A stretch of DNA of 64,000 bases from Octopus bimaculoides (Eukaryota). A program made the translations under genes and the position numbers. The DNA lies in assembly GCF_001194135.2 (NCBI RefSeq), contig NC_068988.1, positions 64,567,172 to 64,631,171 of the forward strand, given 5' to 3'. A model generated the notes under the pieces. It did not search any database and was not told the DNA's origin. It saw only the letters and a list, made by a program, of their open reading frames with translations. This document shows, in pieces, positions 39,273 through 54,215 of this stretch (its first letter is position 1; every line of letters starts with the position of its first letter).

Positions 39273-40297
39273 GGCAGTTGGTTTAATTAAGGGTTTAAAA
39301 TAATCAGGGCATGACGCCGTGCCTGATCACTCAGTACAATATAGAGATCAGTTCGGTATAATATGGAGAGACTGCATCCTCAACAAAAGCACCAGACTGA
39401 AATATTTGAAAAACCCTGATCTTATTAATAGCATTGTACAAGTGTTAAGCATGGACCCTAAAGGTGACTGACCCCAAACAACTGATTATAAGGTTGATTA
39501 AACAACAACAATATAAAAGCCCAAGTGTGGTCAAACCTTTTGCAAATATTAACATTTCTATTGTTCATATAAAGCTCTTTGAGATGAGAATGATGTAATT
39601 TTTGGCACTACTCTGTTGTACCATTCTGTAAAGTCTACAGTAATTTGGAGATTAAGACAATGATCAATGCCAAAAGGTTTGGTGCCATTCCTTCTCTCTA
39701 AGAATTTCCAGATGTAAATAATTGCATATCTCTCTGTTATTTGCTCTAGGGAGTAAAGGAGGTGTATATATGTATTCCTATTATCTACTTTGAGTTGTTG
39801 ATGTTGTTTTTGTTGGTTAAGTCAGCCAGTTTCGCTTTATGAACATTTTCCATATTCTAAAGCACGTACACGGGTATATACATTATACATTATATAGCCA
39901 TACATATGTTGTGTAGGTGTATGTATACACAGATATATTTGATTAAAAGCGTTAGTTATGTGTGTATGTATATGTGTGTATGTGTAAATATATGCACATA
40001 TATAGCTACTTAAACACGAACACACATATTAGATCAGACATATACACACACATTCTCTCTCTATGCATATGTAATGTATATATTGTACATATATATTTGT
40101 ATATACTTGTGTGTGTGTGTGTGTGTGTGTGTAAATACATAGACACACACATATATAACCTGTGTATAAATCTGTATTCATTGTGCGTATAGATTTGCTT
40201 ACATCTGTACATATTTGTATACGTAGGTGTGTGTGTGTGGATGGATAAGATAGATAGATAGATAGATAGACAGACAGATAGATAGATAGATAGATTG

Positions 40298-40336
<39 letters not shown>

Positions 40337-40489
40337 TGGATAGATAGATAGATAGATAGATAGATATGTATATGTGTGTGCATGTATCTTTGTCTGTAAA
40401 CAGTATTTGTTTGTGTTTCCATGCAAAAATGTGAAATAGTCAATACACACCCATGCTAGAAGCATATGGAGTCTGCAATAATTGTGCAT

Positions 40490-40668
40490 TGGGGGAAGGG
40501 GCCAGTTGATTAGATCAACCCCACTACTTCCCTGTACTTAATTGATCAACCTTGAAGGGATGAAAGGCAAAATCGACCTCAGCGGAATTTGAACTCAGAA
40601 TGTAAAGACGGACGAAATACCGCTAAGCATTTAGCCCGGCATACTAATGTTGCTGCCAGCTCATCGCC
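40490..40668 (-). mobile_element. SINE B copy
   Basis: GGATGAAAGGCAAAATCGACCTCAGCGGAATTTGAACTCAGAATG...GCCAGCTCATCGCC. Confidence 0.85.
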
Positions 40669-41149
40669 ATCAGAGCAATGAGATTGAACCAAAAATTGCA
40701 GAGTCAGGATGCAAAATTTTTGCCCATACCACCATGCATGTACCTATAAATATGCACATACACACCCCAGACACATGTAGATCAGCCTCCACTAAATTCA
40801 GTGATCCACAAAAAAGAGATGCCGCAATACAGGACATAGAAAAAAGACACCACAAAAAATAGAACCTTCAGATCTGATGCTGGTACCCAAGCATGCCCTA
40901 AACATTCACAGATGAAAGAAAGTGAGGAATTAAATACACACACATGCACACCCTCATACAGCTATGTATGTATGAGATGAATATACACCCTAAATTTATT
41001 AATTACTTTTGATACCTACATTTCTCTCCTCACCTCTCTACCATCTCTGGCCTTCCTGTTGTCATTTGTTTGCTCTCCAAGTTTACATTTACTGTGTCCA
41101 AGCTCCACACTAATCCATCTATTGTTCCCTGAAATGTGAAACGGGAGCA

Positions 41150-41450
41150 ACATGTGATGAATGAATGCCTTTATGGAGAGCTACCAAAAGTTAGCAAGGA
41201 AACCAGGCAAGAATGGTTGTGACTATCTGGTCACTGCATGCACTACCCTAAACTGGAAGCATCCAAATTATTCTCTGAGAAGACACTTCATGGTCATGTA
41301 AAAAGAGGAAAACGTCATCACACTTATCTTGACAACTTAATTGCAGACCCTGGCCTGGAATATCCAGGGTCTTGAGAGAACGATTTTGGACCAAGATGGG
41401 TGAACTTTGTTTTTGTGGTCCGGGTTTCGAACCCAGCCATAATAATAATA
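41150..41450 (+). mobile_element. Decayed RTE-clade LINE 3' end
   Basis: LYGELPKVSKETRQEWL*LSGHCMHYPKLEASKL...HGHVKRGKRHHTYLDNLIAD resembles RTE C-termini (LYGxLP...RRLRLAGHC...RGRP..TYxD). Ends in an (ATA)n tail. Confidence 0.7.
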
Positions 41451-41569
41451 AAATATTGTTCTTGCTATAAAATGGTTGGCTAAAGGAGAAGTGAAAAGAA
41501 GGGTTATGAAATCTTCCTAACTGGGTCCCACCAGTGTCTGTTTAACTTTGACTTCTCCAGCATTAATAC

Positions 41570-41775
41570 TGTGGGAAAAGTACCCAGTACATTCTGTGAA
41601 GTGGTTGATGTTAGGAAGGACATCCAGCCATTGGAACTAAACCCAATTGAGAGACGTAAGCATCTAGTCTTTGGGAGTAGCAATCTCCGTTTGGAGTAGA
41701 CTCAAGAATGCGGTGACCTCTCCAGTCCATGTTAGCATAGAAAATGAACGTAGGAGGATGACGGTGATGATGAAA
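41570..41775 (+). mobile_element. Degenerate family D RTE 3' end
   Basis: GTGGTTGATGTTAGGAAGGACATCCAGCC...CATGTTAGCATAGAAAATGAACG. Confidence 0.6.
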
Positions 41776-42092
41776 TGGACGGAGAGACATATTTACTTTG
41801 TGAGGGAATTTGGCAGATGAATACTGACTGGGAGACAGTCATACGTACACACGTATTGAAAAAAAAAGATATGTAGCTAGAAAGAAAGACAGATGTGTGC
41901 TTGTGTGTGCGCAGGCGCACGTGTCTTTGTGTTTGTTTTAAACACACTATCGTCTGAGAATCAGTGTTGGTTTGTTTAGGCCCCTTGTAACCTAACATTT
42001 CAGCAAAAAGTTACGGGTAGATTAAGTAACAAATTTAAAATAAACATTTGGGTAGATTTTTTTTCAAGGCAGACCAACAAATAAAACAGATG

Positions 42093-42155
<63 letters not shown>

Positions 42156-42205
42156 NNNNNNNNNNNNNNNNNNNNNNNNNNNNNNNNNNNNNNNNNNNNN
42201 NNNNN

Positions 42206-42260
<55 letters not shown>

Positions 42261-42285
42261 TACTAAGACCGCGCGTGCACGCACG

Positions 42286-42331
<46 letters not shown>

Positions 42332-44086
42332 CGCGCGCGCTACTGTAAACAAAGCATAACTCCATCGTTCCCATCCCAGTCTGAAAGAACACTTGTCACA
42401 CAAAACACCGCTCGCCTATCACGGAACATTCTCGAATAGCACAAGTAATTTTAGCTGTCACCGTTTCTTGTCGCAAGTCCAAGGGACATAACTCAAATCC
42501 ATTTTTATTAAAAAAAACCAGCAGCTTCTCTCCATCTTGGATTTCTTCTCATCAGTTTAGGAATATTTCCTTAAATATCTTTCAAAATACCAACATAATA
42601 ATAATAATAATAGCTATTATTATTATATTACATGTATAATGATGATAAACGAAGTAAAATAAAACATCTCAAGCTAGACTATTTAAATGGAAAATTGTCT
42701 CTTTGGGTTTTATGTGTGCTTGTGTATGTGTGTGTATATAAAAGGCTTTATTGAAATCTCACATTTCCCTTTTCGTATTTTATTGAATTATCTCCCTAAT
42801 AAACGAATTTATGAAGAATTAAATAGACACTAATACTGTTCCCCTCCTACCCGTATCCCCACTGCCATACACACACAGCCCTGCCAGTAGCATTTCTTTA
42901 TAATGGGGAATATTAAATTAACGTGTTTGGCTGCCCTCTCTCTCTCTATCTCTCTCTCTCTCTCTCCCTCCCTCTCTCTCTTCGTCTCTTTCTACATGCG
43001 TGTGTTATTTGTATATATGTATGTATGTATGTGTCCATATATGTATACTTGTATGCATTCTTATATGTGTATAACTCTGTATGTGTGTGTGTATACATAT
43101 GTATGCATATATTTATGTCCGTATTTATGCATATATATATATGTGTGTGTGTGTGTGTATAAAATGTGCAGATGCATGTATGTATATCTCTCTAAGAATG
43201 TATGAGTGTGTCTAACAAATATCAGATTTATATATGTTTGTGTGTGCATACAACACATTCACATACACAAAATGTTAGAAAAACATCAGTTTCAAAGAAT
43301 GGTTATATATATATATATATATATATATATAATGTATATGTAATATATATATATATANNNNNNNNNNNNNNNNNNNNNNNNNNNNNNNNNNNNNNNNNNN
43401 NNNNNNNNNNNNNNNNNNNNNNNNNNNNNNNNNNNNNNNNNNNNNNNNNNNNNNNNNNNNNNNNNNNNNNNNNNNNNNNNNNNNNNNNNNNNNNNNNNNN
43501 NNNNNNNNNNNNNNNNNNNNNNNNNNNNNNNNNNNNNNNNNNNNNNNNNNNNNNNNNNNNNNNNNNNNNNNNNNNNNNNNNNNNNNNNNNNNNNNNNNNN
43601 NNNNNNNNNNNNNNNNNNNNNNNNNNNNNNNNNNNNNNNNNNNNNNNNNNNNNNNNNNNNNNNNNNNNNNNNNNNNNNNNNNNNNNNNNNNNNNNNNNNN
43701 NNNNNNNNNNNNNNNNNNNNNNNNNNNNNNNNNNNNNNNNNNNNNNNNNNNNNNNNNNNNNNNNNNNNNNNNNNNNNNNNTTTTGTGAGTATATTTTTTA
43801 TTTTGTTCTTTTTGGGGCATTTTATTTTTTTTTTTGGTGAACGTTGTTGTTGTTTTTATTATCAAAAGGAATTCTTTTTTTTTTTAATGTCTTTTTAGCC
43901 TGGCCTTGCAAGAAAATGGTAGAATTGCACTTCTTGGACACAACTTTTACAATTCCACCTCCACCACACACATACACACACACACACGCATACACACACG
44001 CGTCTCATTGCTATTACAATGATATTTTCTTCAACTCCATTTCCGGACGAGCCTCACCCGTCACAACAACAACAACACTCTCCCAT

Positions 44087-44126
<40 letters not shown>

Positions 44127-44612
44127 GTCTATTGTATACACATACACAACCCCCACCCCTGTTGTCATTTCCAACATCGTTGTCTCCCTCACCACCACAA
44201 TTTCACTGTTTTCTCCACAAACAACTCGCACCACCACCACCACCACCCCCACGCAAATAATCTGTGAAAAAATGATAAAAATACTAACTAAAGAATCAAG
44301 TTAGAGAGGGACTATAAATAAGGAATAAAAGTAATATAAAATATAAAACAAGTCTTCAAAACAGACTTTAAAATGAGACATTAAACAGAATAAATTAGCA
44401 GATAAAAAGGAGATATGATATAAAAAATATACACACATCACTTGTGTTTATATACATATATATGTGTGTGTGTCTATATATATGTATGTATATGTGTTTG
44501 TGTTTGTATGTATGTATGTGTTTGTATGTATGTATGTGTGTGTGCATATGTATGTGTGTGCAAATGTATATGTGTATATATGTATGTGAGTGTATATGTG
44601 TGTTTGTATGCA

Positions 44613-44679
<67 letters not shown>

Positions 44680-45216
44680 ATATGTATGTGCATGCATGTG
44701 TGTATATACATATACATATATATTTGTATGTGTGTATGTATGCATGTACATGAATATTGTGTGTGTGTGTGTGTGTGCTTAGATAAAGATATATATATAA
44801 AGACATACAGAGATATACATATATAAAGAACCATCCAAATAACAAAAACTAACTTCTGCAAAAAGTACACACATATATACACCAACACACACATTTCATT
44901 AACTATATAACTGTAGAGTCTATTAACTAGTTTAATGTTTAGCAATTAAGATTATTATTATTATGTATATGCATATGTGAGTGCATAGATAAATAAGCCA
45001 TATAAATTATATATAGATATGTGTCTACGTATATATATACATGCATCTGTGTATATACATACGTGTGTGTTTGTATGTGTATTAGATATATATGCTAAAT
45101 ATATGTATGCATATATATATACATATATATATATATATTAGACACAATACAATATATAATTATGCTATATATATATATATATATATATATAAGACACAAT
45201 ACAATATATAATTATG

Positions 45217-45261
<45 letters not shown>

Positions 45262-45274
45262 CATATACACATAC

Positions 45275-45307
<33 letters not shown>

Positions 45308-45708
45308 TATATACTCATATACACAGACATATATACAATAGACTTATACACACACACATCAACATACCATGCCTATAATAACTGAGTCTTGTCAATTCCT
45401 TTTAGTGGAATAAATTTTCATCTTATCAAGCAATAAATTTTTTTTCTCTCTCTCAAGTATTATTATCCTTTATTTATTTATTGCTGTTTTTATTTTTATT
45501 CTTAAAAGAATAAACGGTTATTGATGCTACTTCTGGGCATTTCCTTATCTTTAGAATACTTTGCTTATTGACTCAAACAAAGAACTGAAGAAGATGAAGA
45601 AGAAGAAGACGTAGAAGAAGAAAGAAAGTGGAAAAACATATCCACTTTCGGTTACATTCATAGTTGTGTTGTGTGTTTCTGATATAAGATGTATATGTGT
45701 GATTATTG

Positions 45709-45792
<84 letters not shown>

Positions 45793-46815
45793 TATATATG
45801 TATGGATCTATATAGTATGTAATATGTGTATACATATATATATAGCATATATATATATATATATAAACACAAATAGTATATATATATCGACTGATATATA
45901 TCTATATATAGGCACACACATAGGCGCAGTGCACATGTATATACACACATATATATATATATGTACAGACACCTTCACCTATAAAAATAAAAGGAGTATT
46001 ACTTTTTGCAAATTTGCAATTTCTTCTATAGCTTTTCACACACATACACACATTTGTATGTGTATATATGTGTATATATATATGCCTTTGTATCTGACAA
46101 GATACACACACATATGTATGCTTGGGCATCTTTGTGTGTGTTGTTTAGTATGTACTTCTTGTCAACTTGTATTTTCAATCACATTTCTCAGTTATAGCCA
46201 ATCGTATCTGTTTTTTTTTCCTTCTTGCTTCTTCCCAAAAGTCATATTTTTTGGTTTTTGTTGTTCTTTTTCTTTGTTACATAAACTTTGGTTTTTTAAA
46301 AAAAAATTCATCTGGTTCGTTTCCTTTTTCCTTTCTATCCATCTTATTTCTCTTAGTTTTTGAAATATACTATTGTGTCAGATAAATATAGCTGTTGAGC
46401 ATTATATATATATATATATATATATNNNNNNNNNNNNNNNNNNNNNNNNNNNNNNNNNNNNNNNNNNNNNNNNNNNNNNNNNNNNNNNNNNNNNNNNNNN
46501 NNNNNNNNNNNNNNNNNNNNNNNNNNNNNNNNNNNNNNNNNNNNNNNNNNNNNNNNNNNNNNNNNNNNNNNNNNNNNNNNNNNNNNNNNNNNNNNNNNNN
46601 NNNNNNNNNNNNNNNNNNNNNNNNNNNNNNNNNNNNNNNNNNNNNNNNNNNNNNNNNNNNNNNNNTAGTAAGATACATAGATAACTGCAGGAATTGTGAA
46701 GCAGATATATGCATATATTATCACTATAAGGACTTGATATATGTGTGTTTATGAATGTATGTATGTATGTATGTATGTATATATATGTATGTATATATGC
46801 ATGTGTATGTATGTA

Positions 46816-46871
<56 letters not shown>

Positions 46872-46884
46872 TATTTATGATGAT

Positions 46885-47300
46885 GATGATGTATATAGCA
46901 GATGCTATGACTGGAAAGAGACCCCAGCAGAAACCAAGGCTGCGATTTAAGGACTGTGTCAAGTCCTCATTAAAGGCCTGTGATATGCAGGAGACTGACT
47001 GGGAAAGCAATGCCTGTAATCACCACAGATGAAGGAAGCAGGTTAAGGAGGGGATCGACACTTTTGAGAGAGCACTATTCTGCATGAAGAACTTAAGCGT
47101 GATGCTCAAAAGTGCACTGCTGGTGTAGTGAATGGGGAAAACTTGGTTTGCGATGTTTGCAGTTGTGTATACGTGTGAAGAGCAGGGCTCATTAGCCACC
47201 AACAGACCCGCAAATGCAAAATATAAGTTAGTCCTAGAGCGCACAACATTCCTGAAGGTCAGCAATGGTCTTCTTCGGTCATGAGTGGACAGCCAACATA
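46885..47300 (+). mobile_element. RTE-clade LINE 3' end with a C-terminal zinc-finger remnant
   Basis: GKRPQQKPRLRFKDCVKSSLKACDMQETDWESNA, followed by [23 protein letters not shown] (a CxxC...H-type motif). Confidence 0.8.
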
Positions 47301-47460
47301 TATATGTACATATATATATGCGTGTGTATATATATATATATATGTGTGTGTATATATATATATATATGTGTATGCATGTATGTATATATGTGTATACATG
47401 TATGTATATATGTGTATGCATGTATGTGTATATGTGCATGCATGTATGTGTATATATGTA

Positions 47461-47797
47461 TCATCATCATCATCATCATCGTTTAACGTCCGCTTTCCAT
47501 GCTAGCATGGGTTGGACGATTTGACTGAGGACTGGTGAAACCGGATGGCAACACCAGGCTCCAATCTAATTTGGCAGAGTTTCTACAGCTGGATGCCCTT
47601 CCTAACGCCAACCACTCAGAGAGTGTAGTGGGTGCTTTTACGTGTCACCTGCACGAAAACGGCCACGCTCGAAATGGTGTCTTTTATGTGCCACCCGCAC
47701 AAGAGCCAGTCCAGGGGCACTGGCAACGATCTCGCTCGAAAACCTTACAAAGGCCAGTCAGGCGGTACTGGCAACGGTCACGCCCAAGATGGTACAT
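47461..47797 (-). mobile_element. Family D RTE 3' UTR, CpG-rich (apparently young), running into a gap
   Basis: (CAT)n-CGTTTAACGTCCGCTTTCCATGCTAGCATGGG...CTGGATGCCCTTCCTAACGCCAACCAC. Confidence 0.88.
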
Positions 47798-48117
47798 NNN
47801 NNNNNNNNNNNNNNNNNNNNNNNNNNNNNNNNNNNNNNNNNNNNNNNNNNNNNNNNNNNNNNNNNNNNNNNNNNNNNNNNNNNNNNNNNNNNNNNNNNNN
47901 NNNNNNNNNNNNNNNNNNNNNNNNNNNNNNNNNNNNNNNNNNNNNNNNNNNNNNNNNNNNNNNNNNNNNNNNNNNNNNNNNNNNNNNNNNNNNNNNNNNN
48001 NNNNNNNNNNNNNNNNNNNNNNNNNNNNNNNNNNNNNNNNNNNNNNNNNNNNNNNNNNNNNNNNNNNNNNNNNNNNNNNNNNNNNNNNNNNNNNNNNNNN
48101 NNNNNNNNNNNNNNNNN

Positions 48118-48180
<63 letters not shown>

Positions 48181-48461
48181 TGGTGAAGGCACATGGCTTA
48201 GTGGTTAGGGTGTGGCACTCACAATTACAAAATCATTGTATTCTTGAGCAAAGCATTTCATTTCACATTGCTCTGCAATCCTTTCATCATCTGAGATGTG
48301 GCACCTGTACAGGTAATGTCGATTTGTTGGAGGAAGTGACCTTATGTGTACACCAACATTTGATCGCTATAAGCAAATCATCTGTGTGGCTGTTTGGCAA
48401 GAAATTGCTGAACCCTTATATGTCATCTAACAACGGGAGAGTTCATATATATACACACACT

Positions 48462-48499
<38 letters not shown>

Positions 48500-48759
48500 C
48501 ATTAATAATGATAATACATGGATGGAATTTATAAATATTTTAATGCATTGCTACATGTGTTTCCACAAATCACATGTTTCTTATGATCATATTACCAGAG
48601 GAAATAAACACATATATATGATCCACCCAATGTCAATGGATACTCTGGTCTGTACTGTAATCATTCCAGAAATATGGACTATGATTGTAAGAAGCATGTG
48701 ATTTGTGGAAACATGCGTAGTGATGCTTTAAAATATTTATAACTTTCATCCATGAATTA

Positions 48760-48801
<42 letters not shown>

Positions 48802-49010
48802 TTATCCTAAATTTTATTGACACAGCTCAGTGCAACCCCCAAAAACTGGTATCTCCAGTTGCCATCATTAGGTTCATTGGATCAAATGGAACTCTTGTCG
48901 TTGTAACTGACTGAGTGCCAGTATCATTCTCTCATATCTTCAACCATAACAGAAGTGTCATATTGAACTGTTCCATAGAAGTGTAAGCTGACATAGCTCT
49001 CTCTCTCTCA

Positions 49011-49044
<34 letters not shown>

Positions 49045-49529
49045 CTCATACACACACACTAACTCTAACTTCTTGTTAGCAACTTAATGTCACTTCTAAC
49101 ACATATATACACACATGCATGCCCAAATATATTTCAGTGGCTCTCAACCAATGTCCATATGACTCCTGGGGGCCCATGTAAGACTTTTGTCATAATAGTA
49201 AATTAGGGACCCACAGTAGAATATTGAGGGTCCATGAAAAATTCTTACTTTGGATGTATTTATTGCAAGAAACAGCTAGGTAGTAGCCATGTATCTACTC
49301 TATAGCAAGACACCTGTTCCTGTCCGTCTCTCGTATTTTAACCTCTCACCACCAGGCATGAAGGGATTTAGTCAAATCAGTGGACCCCGTGTTTTTTTTT
49401 TTTTAAGTTTGGTACTTATTATAAGGGTATCTTTTACCAAACTGCTAAGTTGCATGATCAAAATTTCAGATTTTACTACAAACGTTATTTTATTGTGCAT
49501 CTCTCTCTATCTCTCTCTCTCTCTTTCTC

Positions 49530-49577
<48 letters not shown>

Positions 49578-50296
49578 AATATATATATATATATATATAT
49601 ACTCAAAACAATGACTAGTAATATTATGAAACCGGTATGCTTGTAAATCTCTCTAACAACTCACANNNNNNNNNNNNNNNNNNNNNNNNNNNNNNNNNNN
49701 NNNNNNNNNNNNNNNNNNNNNNNNNNNNNNNNNNNNNNNNNNNNNNNNNNNNNNNNNNNNNNNNNNNNNNNNNNNNNNNNNNNNNNNNNNNNNNNNNNNN
49801 NNNNNNNNNNNNNNNNNNNNNNNNNNNNNNNNNNNNNNNNNNNNNNNNNNNNNNNNNNNNNNNNNNNNNNNNNNNNNNNNNNNNNNNNNNNNNNNNNNNN
49901 NNNNNNNNNNNNNNNNNNNNNNNNNNNNNNNNNNNNNNNNNNNNNNNNNNNNNNNNNNNNNNNNNNNNNNNNNNNNNNNNNNNNNNNNNNNNNNNNNNNN
50001 NNNNNNNNNNNNNNNNNNNNNNNNNNNNNNNNNNNNNNNNNNNNNNNNNNNNNNNNNNNNNNNNNNNNNNNNNNNNNNNNNNNNNNNNNNNNNNNNNNNN
50101 NNNNNNNNNNNNNNNNNNNNNNNNNNNNNNNNNNNNNNNNNNNNNNNNNNNNNNNNNNNNNNNNNNNNNNNNNNNNNNNNNNNNNNNNNNNNNNNNNNNN
50201 NNNNNNNNNNNNNNNNNNNNNNNNNNNNNNNNNNNNNNNNNNNNNNNNNNNNNNNNNNNNNNNNNNNNNNNNNNNNNNNNNNNNNNNNNNNNNNNN

Positions 50297-50334
<38 letters not shown>

Positions 50335-50384
50335 TTCTCTTTCTCTTTCTCTTTCTCTCTCTCTCCCCCCTACATGCCTACTCT

Positions 50385-50590
50385 GTTGAAATGTCTTTGT
50401 CTTTGTCTTGCAAGCTACTTGGCAATCTCACTTGTGCTGCTGTCATGTAAAAGGCATTCAGTACACCCTGTAAAGTGTTTGGTATTAAGAGAGGCATCCA
50501 GCCATAGAAATTATACCAAAGAAGACTAAGCAGCTCAGTGCAGCCATTCAGTTCAATGGATCCTGTCAAACCATCTAACTTGCGTCGGCA
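50385..50590 (+). mobile_element. Degenerate family D RTE 3' end
   Basis: GTAAAAGGCATTCAGTACACCCTGTAAAGTGTTTGGTATTAAGAGAGGCATCCAGCC. Confidence 0.65.
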
Positions 50591-50846
50591 TAATATTCAT
50601 GCATGAAATAATGGTGATGATTATGAAATATTTTATAACAATATGTGTGAACACAACTCTATCTGTCTCTCTGCATATTTGTCTATCTATCTATCTGTCT
50701 ATTTATCTAAATATCTATTTATCTATCTTTTTACCTATCTATTTATCTATCTATCTTTCTATCTGTCTATTTATCTATATCTATTTATCTTTCTATCTAT
50801 CTATCTATCTATCAATCTATCTATCAATCTATCTATCAATCTATCA

Positions 50847-50890
<44 letters not shown>

Positions 50891-51034
50891 ATTTACCTCT
50901 CTATCAACTTGTCTGCCCATCTATCTGCCTACCTGCCTGTTTGACTATTTGTCTCATGCACACACACACACTTTCTCTCTCTCTATCTGTCTATCTATCT
51001 ACCTATCTTCTTCATATGTCTCACTCATATATTA

Positions 51035-51089
<55 letters not shown>

Positions 51090-51563
51090 TAACAGTGTAT
51101 ATAATTTTTCCTTCCTTTAACAACAAAATCACCACCCTACAGCTATTTTTCAGTGAAACATCAAAAATAAAACCCTGAAGATCTGCATATATATGCACAC
51201 ATACATATCTGTATATACATGTAATGCATGTGCAAGCATACATGCATGCAGGGTTGTGCACATGTGTGTTAATTGTAATTATGCATATGAATGTATGTAG
51301 CTTGTATGTATGTATGTATGCATGCGTGTCTGTGTGTTTCTTTCCTGAAACAACCTTTGGTTAATTACTATAATATTGCCTTCATAGAATGGTGCTAGCA
51401 GCTGTAGAAATGGTAATGGTGGGGGCGGTAATGATGGTGGTGGTAGTGGTAATGGAGGTGGTGGTGGTGGTGTTACTTAGGCCCTGATCAGCTCTATTCA
51501 AATAGGCTTTCCAGCCATGACAATCTTGTCTCTTAATTACCCACTGTGCTCTTTTTTTTATTG

Positions 51564-51600
<37 letters not shown>

Positions 51601-52424
51601 TATGTTATTATTCTTGCTGTCAAAGTTGGTAGGGCGTGATTTGAGGGAGACTTGACTACTATTTCTACTTTGTCAAACGACCACGTAAAGATTCCTCCCN
51701 NNNNNNNNNNNNNNNNNNNNNNNNNNNNNNNNNNNNNNNNNNNNNNNNNNNNNNNNNNNNNNNNNNNNNNNNNNNNNNNNNNNNNNNNNNNNNNNNNNNN
51801 NNNNNNNNNNNNNNNNNNNNNNNNNNNNNNNNNNNNNNNNNNNNNNNNNNNNNNNNNNNNNNNNNNNNNNNNNNNNNNNNNNNNNNNNNNNNNNNNNNNN
51901 NNNNNNNNNNNNNNNNNNNNNNNNNNNNNNNNNNNNNNNNNNNNNNNNNNNNNNNNNNNNNNNNNNNNNNNNNNNNNNNNNNNNNNNNNNNNNNNNNNNN
52001 NNNNNNNNNNNNNNNNNNNNNNNNNNNNNNNNNNNNNNNNNNNNNNNNNNNNNNNNNNNNNNNNNNNNNNNNNNNNNNNNNNNNNNNNNNNNNNNNNNNN
52101 NNNNNNNNNNNNNNNNNNNNNNNNNNNNNNNNNNNNNNNNNNNNNNNNNNNNNNNNNNNNNNNNNNNNNNNNNNNNNNNNNNNNNNNNNNNNNNNNNNNN
52201 NNNNNNNNNNNNNNNNNNNNNNNNNNNNNNNNNNNNNNNNNNNNNNNNNNNNNNNNNNNNNNNNNNNNNNNNNNNNNNNNNNNNNNNNNNNNNNNNNNNN
52301 NNNNNNNNNNNNNNNNNNNNNNNNNNNNNNNNNNNNNNNNNNNNNNNNNNNNNNNNNNNNNNNNNNNCTGTCTGCTTGTCTATCTGTCTGTCTCCTGTCC
52401 TGTCTCATCTATTTATCTGTCTGC

Positions 52425-52481
<57 letters not shown>

Positions 52482-53196
52482 CTTCTTCTTCTTCTTCTTC
52501 TCTCTTTCTATCTTTATCTCTCTCAGATTTTCCTGAAAACGTACTCTGGAGAAGGTGGTTGCGGAAGAGGTGGATGATGAAAGGGACTCCCCACCACCAC
52601 CACCATCACCACTACCACCACCACCACCACCACCAAACACGCGTTCCCAGCACATACCATTTCCGACACCCAACTCTTTATGCATCTAATATCTTCTTTT
52701 TCTTCTTAAACTTCTTCTTCTCCACATTTCTTTCTTTCTTCCTTTCTTTCGTTCTCCTCTTCTCTTTCTCTTCCTCTTCACTACTTCTACCCTTGTTCTT
52801 CTACCTACCTACCTACCTCTTTCCTTGCTTTCTTCCTTCCCCCCTCTCTCTTTCAAACACACACACGCACACACTAAATCATTGATGGATAATAAATGAG
52901 AGAATCAGAATGCATGAGAAATGGATGTTCCTGTGTATTGTATGTATGTATGTATGTATGTGTAAGAGAGAGAGACAATATATACATACACAGATATGAG
53001 TGCATATTAATACATATATGTGTGTGTGTATGTATATATAAAATTACCAAATTGAACAAGTCTTAAACATACTTTAAAACTGTTAATTATCTTTATTATA
53101 TAAATATACATGTGAGCACATATGTATTATAAATACGTGTACAGATGTATTATAAATCTGTGTATATACACACACATACACACATACACATGTATG

Positions 53197-53238
<42 letters not shown>

Positions 53239-53284
53239 AAATCATCCAACTCATCTCATGCCAGTATAGAAGGGTTACTAATGA

Positions 53285-53328
<44 letters not shown>

Positions 53329-53359
53329 TAATAAAGGGTTATTAATGGANNNNNNNNNN

Positions 53360-53401
<42 letters not shown>

Positions 53402-53421
53402 TAATAAAGGGTTCCTAATGA

Positions 53422-53458
<37 letters not shown>

Positions 53459-54177
53459 CATTATATATGAAATTGTGGCAACTTTTATAAATACCTTAAC
53501 AGCTAATTTTATTCGTGTTTTATATATATGTATATGGAGAGAGAGGGAGAGAGACAGACAGAGGTGTTCAAATTTTGTTAGTGCTGTAGACTGAATGTGT
53601 GCCCCTTAAGTAAGGCACATAACTCTGCTTGTTTAAGGTCAACCTGGCTGGTGGTTCCTTTACCTCTTTGTACTTCATGCTTGAGTGATTCAGCAGCACA
53701 AAAGCATATCCAACTAGCAAAAGCTAACACACACACACACACACGTATATACATGCACACACATATAGCATGCAAAATGTGCACATCGCATACACATGAC
53801 ACACACGGATACACATAACACGCATGCCCATACACAACGTGCATACATATTCACAACAGGCAAATACATACACAACACAACACACATACATACACAACAC
53901 ACACTCATTCATACACAACACACACTCATGCATATACAACACATACACAGTTATACACAACACACACACACATGCATACACAAGACATGCACACGTGCAT
54001 ACACAAAACACACACATGCATACAGAACACATGTACACATGTATACATGCATAACCATAAACACATGCATACACAACACACACACAAACATATGCATAAA
54101 ACACAACACATGTATACATGCATACACATTAACACACACAAAACACACACACATAACATTACTGCACACACACAGAT

Positions 54178-54215
<38 letters not shown>

